A DNA stretch of 56,532 nucleotides from Candidatus Nanohaloarchaea archaeon. GTDB taxonomy: Archaea > Nanohalarchaeota > Nanosalinia > Nanosalinales > Nanosalinaceae. The stretch is taken from contig JBDGRE010000006.1 of assembly GCA_042218325.1 (NCBI GenBank), forward strand, positions 1 to 56,532, read 5' to 3'. The first letter of the stretch is position 1; each line of letters starts with the position of its first letter. Shown here in pieces: positions 25,186-33,628 of this stretch. The notes under the pieces are model-generated. The model worked only from the letters and a program-made list of their open reading frames with translations, was not told where the DNA came from and searched no databases. Both the position numbers and the translations under genes were made by a program.

Positions 25186-26148
25186 ATGGGCTGGTACGCT
25201 TCCGAGGAGCTGGATAACGCCTACGAGGAGGCAAAGGATTTGCTGTTACCCTTCGACCTCGGGACATGGGCCCGGCTGTTCCTGATAGTTCTACTGACGG
25301 GCAACGGTTTCAGCATGCCCAACATGCCGTCTTCTCTTCCCAGCGACACAGGGGATACAGGTACCGGTAGTTTCGAATCGACGTACGGGACCGCGAGCGA
25401 TGACCCGGTAAGAAGCGCCGCGTCCGATCTATCCGTACCGATGACCGGGCTCGCTGCAGCATCACCAACCGGGACCGGCATCGTAGCCGCCATCATAGGC
25501 CTTGTACTCGTTTTCGTACTCGGTTTCCTCTACCTCAGCAGTGTTTTCGAGTTCATATACTACCAGTCCCTGCTCGACAAGAAAGTCAGTATAAGAGACA
25601 ATTTCCGGCGTCACAGCGGCCGGGGCGCGAGGTACTTCGGTTTCAGGCTCGGCATGATGGCGCTGGTGATCCTGTCAGTAGCGGTGGGCGTCGCGGGCCT
25701 GTTCGCAAATCCTATCATGGGAGGCCTCATGCTGTTCACGCTGATATTGCTGCTGATACCGGTGATGGTCTTCATGGGGCTGACGCAGAACTTCGTCCTG
25801 CTCGGCATGATGGAGAACAGTACCGGCCTTGTACAGGCATGGAAAGACTTCTACCCCGAACTCCGGGAGCAGTGGAAACAGGTCGGCGTCTACATACTGG
25901 TAAGGTTCGCGGTCAAGATAGCTACCGGCGTCGCGAGCCTCATCTGGGCTTTCGTAAGCCTGCTACTCTTGTTCGTTCCGTTCGGGATCCTCGCCGCACT
26001 GTTCTACATGATCGCCCCGGTGCTCGCGGTCATCCCCGTCACGATCGGGTTCATCACGTGGATAGTTCTGCTCATAGGCCTGCAGGTGGTGTTCCAGACC
26101 TACCTCTACTACTATGCCATCCTGGTCTACCACGACCTCACGGCCTGA
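25186..26148 (+). CDS. Conserved archaeal membrane protein
   Basis: Multi-TM; LLPFDLGTWARL N-terminus. Confidence 0.8.
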   Translation: MGWYASEELDNAYEEAKDLLLPFDLGTWARLFLIVLLTGNGFSMPNMPSSLPSDTGDTGTGSFESTYGTASDDPVRSAASDLSVPMTGLAAASPTGTGIVAAIIGLVLVFVLGFLYLSSVFEFIYYQSLLDKKVSIRDNFRRHSGRGARYFGFRLGMMALVILSVAVGVAGLFANPIMGGLMLFTLILLLIPVMVFMGLTQNFVLLGMMENSTGLVQAWKDFYPELREQWKQVGVYILVRFAVKIATGVASLIWAFVSLLLLFVPFGILAALFYMIAPVLAVIPVTIGFITWIVLLIGLQVVFQTYLYYYAILVYHDLTA

Positions 26149-26152
26149 TACC

Positions 26153-26479
26153 ATGATGTCGATAAAGTTCGAAGATTCTCTAATATCGAAGATACAGGAA
26201 GGCGAGAAAGACACGATCTGGCGACTATGGAGTAAACGGGACGTGGAGCCCGGCCAGAAGGTTTCGCTGCAGGACACGGAAGGCAGCGAGTTCGCGAAGG
26301 CGGAGATAGTCTGGGTCAAGGATACCACGTTCGGGGATCTGACCCCCGAGGACTGCGAGGGCCACGAACCCTTCGAGTCAGAAGAGGAGATGTACAGCAC
26401 TTACGAGGATTACTACAGCCGGGAAGTCGGGCCCGGCACACGTGTCAAGGTCATAAAGTTCCGGCTCCTGAGAGGATAA
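26153..26479 (+). CDS. ASCH domain protein
   Basis: IQEGEKDTIWR (GxKxxxxR), VIKFRL. Confidence 0.8.
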   Translation: MMSIKFEDSLISKIQEGEKDTIWRLWSKRDVEPGQKVSLQDTEGSEFAKAEIVWVKDTTFGDLTPEDCEGHEPFESEEEMYSTYEDYYSREVGPGTRVKVIKFRLLRG

Positions 26480-26535
26480 GAAAAAGGAAATGAGGGGAGG
26501 GGGGAAGATGAGCCAGGTGAGGTGAGATCAAGTGA

Positions 26536-26682
26536 TCAAAGCTCGAAGTCGTCGTACTGTAGCATCAGCAGGCGCACGGCCTCGTGGAACGCGTCCGTCT
26601 TGTCCTTGAACAGTCCCTCTTCTACCATCCTGTCCAGCTCGTCGTTCAGTGCATCCGATAGTCTTACAGAGACCGTCGCCAT
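26536..26682 (-). CDS. Ribbon-helix-helix (CopG/Arc/MetJ) regulator, 48 aa
   Basis: Own translation MATVSVRLSDALNDELDRMVEEGLFKDKTDAFHEAVRLL. Confidence 0.85.
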   Translation of the reverse strand: MATVSVRLSDALNDELDRMVEEGLFKDKTDAFHEAVRLLMLQYDDFEL

Positions 26683-26690
26683 CTGATTCT

Positions 26691-26771
26691 TGTACTACAA
26701 TTATCGACAGCTTTTATAAAAGAACCGGTTTCTGTATTATCAGAATCGAGAAAATCGAAATTTGTAATGCG
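26691..26771. promoter_or_regulatory. TGTAnTAC(A)-like sites flanking the RHH gene TATA box
   Basis: TGTACTACA 26691, TGTATTAT 26733, TGTAATGCG 26763 around TTTTATAAAA. Confidence 0.45.
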
Positions 26772-26777
26772 AAAGTA

Positions 26778-27245
26778 TTATGACTGGCCTTTCCATTCCC
26801 CGGTGCGGTAGTACTCCTTCAGGTAGTCGGTCCACTTCCTGAGCTCGCGGGCTATATCTTCATCACCGAGCCTTTCTCCTGAGGCCAGCCTGCCCGATAC
26901 TATCCGTGCGGCGTCGTGTCCCGCGGACTGCCGGGTTATGCGGACATCGGTCTCTGACAGGGGCCGGGAGTCGCCTATCTTCGTCTCGTCCGGTTCCTCG
27001 TCTATCTCTTCGACGAAGCCGTGAAAGTTGACGAAGCCTTCATCCGTCAGCGACCACTTGATCTTCCACGTGCGGCCTATGTACTTCTCACGATTCGCGG
27101 GGACTTCGCGGACGAGGTCGTCTCTCAGGGTGGTATACTGGTTGCCCCCCGAGTCCTCCACCACGAGCACCTCGTGGCCACTGCGCTCCTCCACTTCTAT
27201 GCTGACCGGTTCTATCACACGGATCCTGACCTCTTCCTCTGTCAT
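26778..27245 (-). CDS. Hypothetical protein, OB-like N-terminus plus ITRQSA helix
   Basis: Start reassigned to MTEEEV; 155-aa acidic ORF. Confidence 0.7.
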   Translation of the reverse strand: MTEEEVRIRVIEPVSIEVEERSGHEVLVVEDSGGNQYTTLRDDLVREVPANREKYIGRTWKIKWSLTDEGFVNFHGFVEEIDEEPDETKIGDSRPLSETDVRITRQSAGHDAARIVSGRLASGERLGDEDIARELRKWTDYLKEYYRTGEWKGQS

Positions 27246-27283
27246 GGAAAAGCCTTGTGCCTGAAAACTTATCTTTGTGCCGG

Positions 27284-28489
27284 CTAAAAGTCGGTGAGGC
27301 TGGCCTGCCGCCCGTCTATCATGTTGCTCTTCCTCCGTATACGGTCGTACAGGAACCTGAACTCCCGGGAGATACACCACTGCACTTCCCTGAAACTTTC
27401 CAGCTCCTCGCCACCGCGTTCTACTCCTCCATTACCTGCGTCCTCGAACGCGTTCCTGACCGTCTCCCGTATTATCCAGACGCCGAGCGGCGCCCAGTAC
27501 TCCGGCGTGACCTCCCGGACGACGAGGGCCTTCGCCTGCCTTCGCCGGGACTGGAGGTGCTCAAGGACGCCGAGCCTGGAGGCGTAGTAGGCTCCCGAGG
27601 TCTCCTCCGCGTACTGGGTCCTGCCCGTGTACGGTTCATGGTCGACCCCTATGTGCGTGTTCTGTGCAGCGTTCCAGGTCGAGCCCGGCCGTTTCAGCTC
27701 GATGAGTTCGTGTTCCCATTTTCCTGGTATAAGGAACACGTCGAAGTGGTTGCCGAGGTAGCTGTTGCGGTAGTACTCGATGCGGCCGATCTCCTGGTAC
27801 TGCTTGATCTCCTCCCTTAGCTTCTGTGATATCATGTCGTCGCTCGCAGTTATACTCCACCGTGTCGGCACCAGCTTCCGGTTCTCGACCTCGCCGAGCA
27901 TGCCCGCGCTCAGGGCCTGCTGGAGCCGGTAGTTGTCGACTCCTCTCGAGTAGAGTTTCCTGACCGCGTTCTCCGCCTTCCAGTCCGTGTCGTAGAACGC
28001 GTCCTCCAGCTTTCGTTCGACCGAGGGGTTCTCGCCGAGCACGAACTCCTCGACGTTTCCCGAGGCGGATACCGGTTTTACCCGGCCGCCGGATACCGAA
28101 TTTGCGGGCGCTTTCTCCAGCGATACCTCGATGTCGACAGGCTTCCGGGCCATCGCGACCTCCCGGGTGTTGTCGAGAAAGTTCCCGGTGTCCTGCACCT
28201 TCAGCCTCTGCTTGGAGTTCACCAGCGAAGTCCTCATCTGCGCTATCTTCTCTATGCTGTAGTTCTCCCGGTACCAGTCGTCGGGCGAATCCAGTAGCTC
28301 GGTGCTGCCCGGATGCTGCGGCGACAGTATCCCGGTGTTGACCTTTGGATAGTTCGAGGAGCCGATGAAAACCGACGGCGGCGAGGCACCCTGGAAATCC
28401 TTCCTCCGCTTCTGCGACGGCATCACCTCCTGCAGCTTTCTGCGGGCCTCCGCGGCCGTCATTCCTTTCGCGAGTTTGCCGTAGCTCAT
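27284..28489 (-). CDS. nreA: Archaeal DNA repair protein Nre
   Basis: SPPSVFIG, LVPTRWSITA.D, YWAPLGVWIIRE, C-terminal PIP QASLTDF. Confidence 0.92.
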   Translation of the reverse strand: MSYGKLAKGMTAAEARRKLQEVMPSQKRRKDFQGASPPSVFIGSSNYPKVNTGILSPQHPGSTELLDSPDDWYRENYSIEKIAQMRTSLVNSKQRLKVQDTGNFLDNTREVAMARKPVDIEVSLEKAPANSVSGGRVKPVSASGNVEEFVLGENPSVERKLEDAFYDTDWKAENAVRKLYSRGVDNYRLQQALSAGMLGEVENRKLVPTRWSITASDDMISQKLREEIKQYQEIGRIEYYRNSYLGNHFDVFLIPGKWEHELIELKRPGSTWNAAQNTHIGVDHEPYTGRTQYAEETSGAYYASRLGVLEHLQSRRRQAKALVVREVTPEYWAPLGVWIIRETVRNAFEDAGNGGVERGGEELESFREVQWCISREFRFLYDRIRRKSNMIDGRQASLTDF

Positions 28490-28544
28490 ACTCGAAACTG
28501 TAGTTCTCAACTGATTTGAAGCTTGATATCCAACGCAGGTACAG

Positions 28545-29036
28545 ATGCACATAGATGAGACTGGAAGACGGTCGCTCCTGGAAAACATCAGGGTTATAGC
28601 GGAGTACGAAGGCGCCAACTATGAGAGGGACGAACCGCTTTACCAGAACAGGGAGGAATGGCGCGAGATATACGGACTTTCACGGGAAATCTCCAAGCAA
28701 ACAGACGCCGAGAGCATCAACCCGCTTTACGATATAGAGAACGCAGGTAAGCGATTCGAGGATTTCTGCGAGGAGCTGGAATCGAGCCTGGGACGACAGT
28801 GGAGTGTTTCAACCCTCGAACTGGCGATGCTTTCCTCGCTCTACACTTGCATAGCAGAAGAAAATGATATGGATTTTTCCCAGCTGAGAACAGAGAACGA
28901 CCCTCTAGTCAACCTTGACGGCGGTGCTGGCTGGGAAAGTAGAGTGGAATACGTTCTTGATCTGACCGAGTCAGTCTCGGAAAGCCTGGAGCCCAGAACT
29001 AGCCAAGCTTCCAGTGCGGGTCCTTCGAGTCCTTGA
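28545..29036 (+). CDS. Orphan hypothetical protein
   Basis: 163-aa acidic ORF. Confidence 0.6.
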   Translation: MHIDETGRRSLLENIRVIAEYEGANYERDEPLYQNREEWREIYGLSREISKQTDAESINPLYDIENAGKRFEDFCEELESSLGRQWSVSTLELAMLSSLYTCIAEENDMDFSQLRTENDPLVNLDGGAGWESRVEYVLDLTESVSESLEPRTSQASSAGPSSP

Positions 29037-30756
29037 TGTCGAAAATCTCTTCGAGCACGTTCTTCTCGCCCTGTCCTATTTGGTCCCCGAGCTGCTGCAG
29101 TCTCTGGTAGTCGTCGCTGGTCAGATCAGTGTAAAGGGTCTGTCCCTCCTCGAAATCTCTTCCGACCGTGGCGTTGGCGATCGATACAGCGACCTCCTCG
29201 CCTTTCTTGGCCCGGTCCACGCTCTCATTCTCCTTCTGCACGCTCTTGATGCGGCCTATCTTGTCTCCATCCGCGTCGAGAAGGTATCCTCCCGGCTTCA
29301 GGACGCCTTCAACGACTCTCACTCCAACAACGGCCGGATCCGACTGCCGGAACACGTGCCCTTCAAGGACTCGTATGCGGGCAGGCCTTGCGATAGCCTC
29401 GAGGGCTTTTTCGCGCTGTTTCTGCTGGAGCTCCTGTTTCCAGTCCTGGTAGTCCTCTATTATCTCGTAGATGACCGGGCTCTGGAAGACCTGTATGGAT
29501 TTGTCCTTCGCCGCTTTCTCGCCCTGCTCGTTGAACTTCGTGTTGAACGCGAGTATCGCGCGTTCCCCCGGTTCCTCTTTCTGGACCTCTATGACGTCGC
29601 TCTTGGTTATCTCGCCCACGGAAGCTTTTTGGACCGGTATCTCGTTCTCCTGCAGCTCAGACATCAACGCCTCGAGGGAGCCGAGGGAGTCGGCCTTCGC
29701 GATGACGCCGTGGTCCTGCGTCTCGAACCTTGCCGCTTCCAGTTCCTCTTCAACCTCTTTTTTCGCCTCCTCGAGCTCTTCCTCCGACGCGGCACGTACG
29801 GGCGCGCCCGATATAACGCCTTCGAGGTCCTTTCCTGTTATCTTGACCCCTGCTGCGGGCATGACTTCTTCGACATGGTCGAACTTCTTGTCGACGCGTA
29901 TCTCTTTCAGCGGCCGGGGCCCCAGCAGCGCGCGTATGTCCGTGACTTTCACGCCTTCGGAGGTGCCGTAGACCAGCCTGTCGGTTTCCTTTATCTTGCC
30001 GTCGTAGTGGATAACGTCGATAGTGGTGCCGAGACCTTCCTCCTGTGAGACCTCGAGCACCGTTCCGCGGCCGATGCCCTCGTGCACCTCCAGCCTGTCG
30101 GCGAGATACCGCTGAGAGAGGCCGGTTACGGTCATTAGAAGGTCGGGCACACCCTCGCCGGTCTTCGCCGATATAGGCACCACCGCGACCTTCTTGCGGA
30201 AGTCGTCGACGCGGTCGTACCGGTCGATTACCATGTCGAACTCGTCGAGCTCACCCATAAGTTCATAGATACGTTCGTCAAGCTCCTGCTGCAGTTTATC
30301 GGACTGCTGCTGCAGGTTCTCCAGGAACACGTTACTCTCGCTTTGCCAGCCGTGGAGCTTGTCTATCTTGTTCAGTGCTATAACGAAAGGTGTCTCGGAG
30401 TCCTGCAGTATCTCTATGGCCTCCTCCGTCTGTGGCTGGACTCCCTCCTCTACATCGACCACAAGTATGGCGATATCGCTGATGGAGCCGCCGCGCTTAC
30501 GTAGCGAGGAGAAAGCCGCGTGTCCCGGTGTGTCGATGAAAAGCAGGCCAGGGATGGTTATGTCAACATCGAGTCTTTCGAGCAGGTCGCCGCAGACCTC
30601 CTCTACGGTTTCTAGAGGCACCTCAGTGGCGCCTATCATCTGGGTTATGCCGCCGGCCTCTCCCTCTACTATACGGGATTCACGGATGCGGTCGAGCAAC
30701 GTCGTCTTGCCCGAGTCGACGTGTCCCAACACGGATAGTATCGGCTGGCGCGGCAT
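28999..30756 (-). CDS. infB: Translation initiation factor aIF5B
   Basis: GHVDSGKT, EAGGITQ, DTPGH, NKID. Confidence 0.96.
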   Translation of the reverse strand: MPRQPILSVLGHVDSGKTTLLDRIRESRIVEGEAGGITQMIGATEVPLETVEEVCGDLLERLDVDITIPGLLFIDTPGHAAFSSLRKRGGSISDIAILVVDVEEGVQPQTEEAIEILQDSETPFVIALNKIDKLHGWQSESNVFLENLQQQSDKLQQELDERIYELMGELDEFDMVIDRYDRVDDFRKKVAVVPISAKTGEGVPDLLMTVTGLSQRYLADRLEVHEGIGRGTVLEVSQEEGLGTTIDVIHYDGKIKETDRLVYGTSEGVKVTDIRALLGPRPLKEIRVDKKFDHVEEVMPAAGVKITGKDLEGVISGAPVRAASEEELEEAKKEVEEELEAARFETQDHGVIAKADSLGSLEALMSELQENEIPVQKASVGEITKSDVIEVQKEEPGERAILAFNTKFNEQGEKAAKDKSIQVFQSPVIYEIIEDYQDWKQELQQKQREKALEAIARPARIRVLEGHVFRQSDPAVVGVRVVEGVLKPGGYLLDADGDKIGRIKSVQKENESVDRAKKGEEVAVSIANATVGRDFEEGQTLYTDLTSDDYQRLQQLGDQIGQGEKNVLEEIFDIKDSKDPHWKLG

Positions 30757-30823
30757 AGAACATCACCTGTAAAACTGCTATCCGCTGGAAATCTTATAAA
30801 ACGATTTATTTCAAGCTTGAATT

Positions 30824-31363
30824 ATGGAGCGCAGACACCTGCTGATGGTTGTAGGTGCAGTGCTGATAGCCGGAACAGGCATCACAACTCACATGTACAT
30901 AAACCAGAACGTGGAACTTATCGCGGGTATGACCCCCAATGAGTACCAGCAGAAGCTTTCTGAATTCGAGGAACAGAGAACAAGTTTTGAGAAAATCAAT
31001 GAAAGCCCAGAAAGTTTCAGGAGCGAGACGGTCGTGGTCAAGGGCCAAGTAGATATTTCTCTAATTCAGGAAAACCGCTACCTCATATACCCGTTGCTCG
31101 AGAGGGAGAAGAGCCTTTACTTCACCGAGTGCGGAGGGAACGAACCCATAGGAGAGACCGCATACCTCAAAGGCATCCTGAAACGTCTGGATTCGGAAAG
31201 CATGGCGAGATTCGACAAGTCCAACTTCACGGACGAGGAACTGGAGAACATAGAGGAGAGCCGAGAGTACGCCAGAAAGAACAACCTCACGACCCGCAGG
31301 TATCTCGAAAATGAAAGCAGAAAGATATGGGGCATCGAGTGTCGGAAAATAATCCCGGCCTGA
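30824..31363 (+). CDS. Membrane-anchored hypothetical protein
   Basis: N-terminal hydrophobic helix followed by soluble domain. Confidence 0.7.
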   Translation: MERRHLLMVVGAVLIAGTGITTHMYINQNVELIAGMTPNEYQQKLSEFEEQRTSFEKINESPESFRSETVVVKGQVDISLIQENRYLIYPLLEREKSLYFTECGGNEPIGETAYLKGILKRLDSESMARFDKSNFTDEELENIEESREYARKNNLTTRRYLENESRKIWGIECRKIIPA

Positions 31364-31369
31364 CCCCGC

Positions 31370-31522
31370 TTACTCCTGCTTGTCGGTGTAGCGGTGGCCG
31401 CGGTCGTTCTCGTAGTTCTTCTCGCACTTGCCCGAGCAGAAATGCAGCTTCTCGCCGGACTGGCGTACCAGCATCTTGCCCTCGGTCTTCCCTATCGCGT
31501 CGCCGCAGTAGTCGCACTCCAT
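31370..31522 (-). CDS. rpl24e: 50S ribosomal protein L24e
   Basis: Own translation MECDYCGDAI..GKMLVR..G..LHFCSGKCEKN. Confidence 0.92.
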   Translation of the reverse strand: MECDYCGDAIGKTEGKMLVRQSGEKLHFCSGKCEKNYENDRGHRYTDKQE

Positions 31523-31604
31523 CAGTCGAAAACACCTCCGTGTTCGAAGATTCCAGAGGGAATCTTCTGCAAGAAAATCCGTCCCACGGATTTTCGTTTT
31601 CTCG
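31520..31604. repeat. Multi-hairpin repeat core, copy 2
   Basis: 77/85 nt identical to 17171-17255. Confidence 0.95.
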
Positions 31605-31632
31605 AGTTCCTGAATTCCATGAATTCAGTCAT
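31522..31632 (-). CDS. Repeat-encoded bridging mini-ORF (36 aa)
   Basis: MTEFMEFRNSRKRKSVGRIFLQKIPSGIFEHGGVFD; ATGA overlap with rps28e stop, TGATG overlap with rpl24e start. Confidence 0.65.
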   Translation of the reverse strand: MTEFMEFRNSRKRKSVGRIFLQKIPSGIFEHGGVFD

Positions 31633-31805
31633 CCTTCCATCTCCGTCTCCTTGATGTGGACGACGTCGTCCTCACGGACCGGGCCCCTGACGTTGCGGAC
31701 GAGGATCTTTCCTTCCTCGCTGCCTTCCACGATGCGGCACCGGACTTTCCGGACGCCTCGCGGGCCCTGGTCTCCTATCACTTCGACGATTTTGGCGAGG
31801 ACCAT
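31629..31805 (-). CDS. rps28e: 30S ribosomal protein S28e
   Basis: Own translation MVLAKIVEVIG..VRCRIVEG..RNVRGPVREDD; rpl7ae-rps28e-rpl24e synteny. Confidence 0.93.
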   Translation of the reverse strand: MVLAKIVEVIGDQGPRGVRKVRCRIVEGSEEGKILVRNVRGPVREDDVVHIKETEMEG

Positions 31806-31812
31806 GAACTAT

Positions 31813-32190
31813 CTATTCCTCTTCTTCTTTCTCGAGTAGCTCGAGTGCTTTTTGTGCGATGTCTTCGATGTCGCTCTCCGCGTTGCCGCTCGCGGTTACG
31901 GCTACCGCGGCGGACTGGACGTTGATGCCTGCGGCGAGGCCGAGCTCCTCCTTGTCAGGAACGAAAGTGTAGGGGATGTCCCTTTCTTCACAGAGCGCGG
32001 GGAGATGCATCACGATCTCCTCTGGTGAGACGTCGCTCGCGATGACCACGAGCTCTGCCTCGTTTCTCTCTATAGCCTTTGTTACCTCATTGGTCCCTAT
32101 CTCGACGCTTCCGGAGCTGTCTGCCTCCTCTACTGCGTCGTAGGTTTTCTCTGCGAGCGATTCGCCTGGTTCAAATTTCTGGTATGCCAT
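31813..32190 (-). CDS. rpl7ae: Ribosomal protein L7Ae
   Basis: GTNEVTKAIER, DVSPEEIVMHLPALC, LGLAAG. Confidence 0.96.
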   Translation of the reverse strand: MAYQKFEPGESLAEKTYDAVEEADSSGSVEIGTNEVTKAIERNEAELVVIASDVSPEEIVMHLPALCEERDIPYTFVPDKEELGLAAGINVQSAAVAVTASGNAESDIEDIAQKALELLEKEEEE

Positions 32191-32264
32191 CAGTTGTGCA
32201 CCTCGAATAGTGTCATCGGTTAGGAAACAGAGGCCGTCAAACTTTTTTATATACGAGGCGGGGT

Positions 32265-32570
32265 CTATCCTCCGCCACTGGTACCGCTGCCCATCAGAAC
32301 GTCTTCATCGGCATCGTACTGATCGGCCAGCAGTTCGGAGAGGTACCTGGTAGGGTCTGCAGACCTCAGAAGCTCTACGACCTCGGCCTGGAAGCCCTGC
32401 TCGTCCGCCCTCACCTCTATCCCGTAGGTCCGTATGTAAAGACTGCCGTCGGAAACGAAGGCCGCCTGGAAATCACCGTTTTCCTCCAGACTTTTCTTAA
32501 CGAAATCCAGGTCCGGTTCTCCTTCCGCACCCTTGCTCAACTCCACAGGCGTGTAGCTGGCTGCGCTCAT
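32265..32570 (-). CDS. Orphan hypothetical protein
   Basis: 101-aa acidic ORF. Confidence 0.6.
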   Translation of the reverse strand: MSAASYTPVELSKGAEGEPDLDFVKKSLEENGDFQAAFVSDGSLYIRTYGIEVRADEQGFQAEVVELLRSADPTRYLSELLADQYDADEDVLMGSGTSGGG

Positions 32571-32598
32571 GCAGATATACAGGGTTCAAAATCTTAAA

Positions 32599-32826
32599 TT
32601 ACTGCTGCTCGGGGTCGAACTCGGCGAGCTTGTCGGATTCGACGTAGTCCAGCTCTTCCTCGAGGTCACGGATGAGGAGGTTGAGGTCGTGTTTCTGTCT
32701 TTCGGTCGCGGCCTCGTGGGATTCCAGCTCGTTGACGAGCTTGTCCTTCAGGAGCTGCAGGAGCGCGTGCTCGGAGTTTGCGTCGCGGTACTCGTTGAGG
32801 ACTTCAAGTACTTCTTCTCGTTCCAT
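32599..32826 (-). CDS. Small helical hypothetical protein
   Basis: 75-aa acidic ORF. Confidence 0.7.
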   Translation of the reverse strand: MEREEVLEVLNEYRDANSEHALLQLLKDKLVNELESHEAATERQKHDLNLLIRDLEEELDYVESDKLAEFDPEQQ

Positions 32827-32851
32827 ACGGAAAGTTGTCGAGAGCAGTTTT

Positions 32852-33586
32852 TTATTCTTCCCGCGGCGAGATGATGTCCTCTACCTCGGTCCTGTTGTCC
32901 TCGAACTCACGGAGAATCTCCACGACATCGCGCTCGATATCTTTGTCCTCCTGCAGACCGGCCTCAAGGTCGTTGACCGTCTTCTCCATCTCCTCGGAAA
33001 GGTACAGCATGTCTTCGATCATCTGCTTGGCCCGGAGGAACTTTCTCTGTCTCAGGAACAGCGGGCCCCGGTCGATATCAGGAACGTTCAGCTCCCGGGT
33101 CTCGGGCGGAGAGGGAACTTCACGGCTGAGCTGCTCCGTTCCACGTGAATCCGTCAAGCCTTCCTGCGTAGAGCGTGAACGTTGCTGGTCCGGTGGCGGA
33201 GTGTTCGGCGCAGTGTTATCTACGTCCTGGGCCTGAGGCTGCTGTTCTTCGCCCCCAAACTTCTGCTCGAATTCATCGAGTTCTTGCTCGACCTCTTCCT
33301 CCTGCGGTGAACTGAACCCAGAGGCTTCCTGCCGCGTATCCTGTCCGGGCTGGTCGAAATCGTGTGTACGTTCATCTCTTGGCTGCTGGCCTTCGTTATC
33401 CTCTTCGAACCCTTCTTCGAAGCCGCCTCCGGTATCTTCGACTTCCTGCTGCTCTTCGAATCCCTGGTCGAAACCTTCCTGCGGCTGCTGTTCCTGGCCG
33501 ATGCCTTTCCCTTCGTTGACCATGTCCTTTATCTGCTCCATGTTTTCCCGGAGCTTCTCCTTGTCGTCGTTCCCGAAGTCGAACAT
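32852..33586 (-). CDS. Acidic low-complexity protein with C-terminal coiled coil
   Basis: E/Q-rich N-terminus, GPLFLR motif, heptad tail. Confidence 0.75.
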   Translation of the reverse strand: MFDFGNDDKEKLRENMEQIKDMVNEGKGIGQEQQPQEGFDQGFEEQQEVEDTGGGFEEGFEEDNEGQQPRDERTHDFDQPGQDTRQEASGFSSPQEEEVEQELDEFEQKFGGEEQQPQAQDVDNTAPNTPPPDQQRSRSTQEGLTDSRGTEQLSREVPSPPETRELNVPDIDRGPLFLRQRKFLRAKQMIEDMLYLSEEMEKTVNDLEAGLQEDKDIERDVVEILREFEDNRTEVEDIISPREE

Positions 33587-33628
33587 CCTGTTTCAGGTTG
33601 GTTCTGGCTCGGGTTTAAATATTCCGGT

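Noticed and set aside
17171-31604. Repeat pair as a CRISPR array or complete IS
   Set aside because: Only two copies 14 kb apart, with no spacers, cas genes or transposase.
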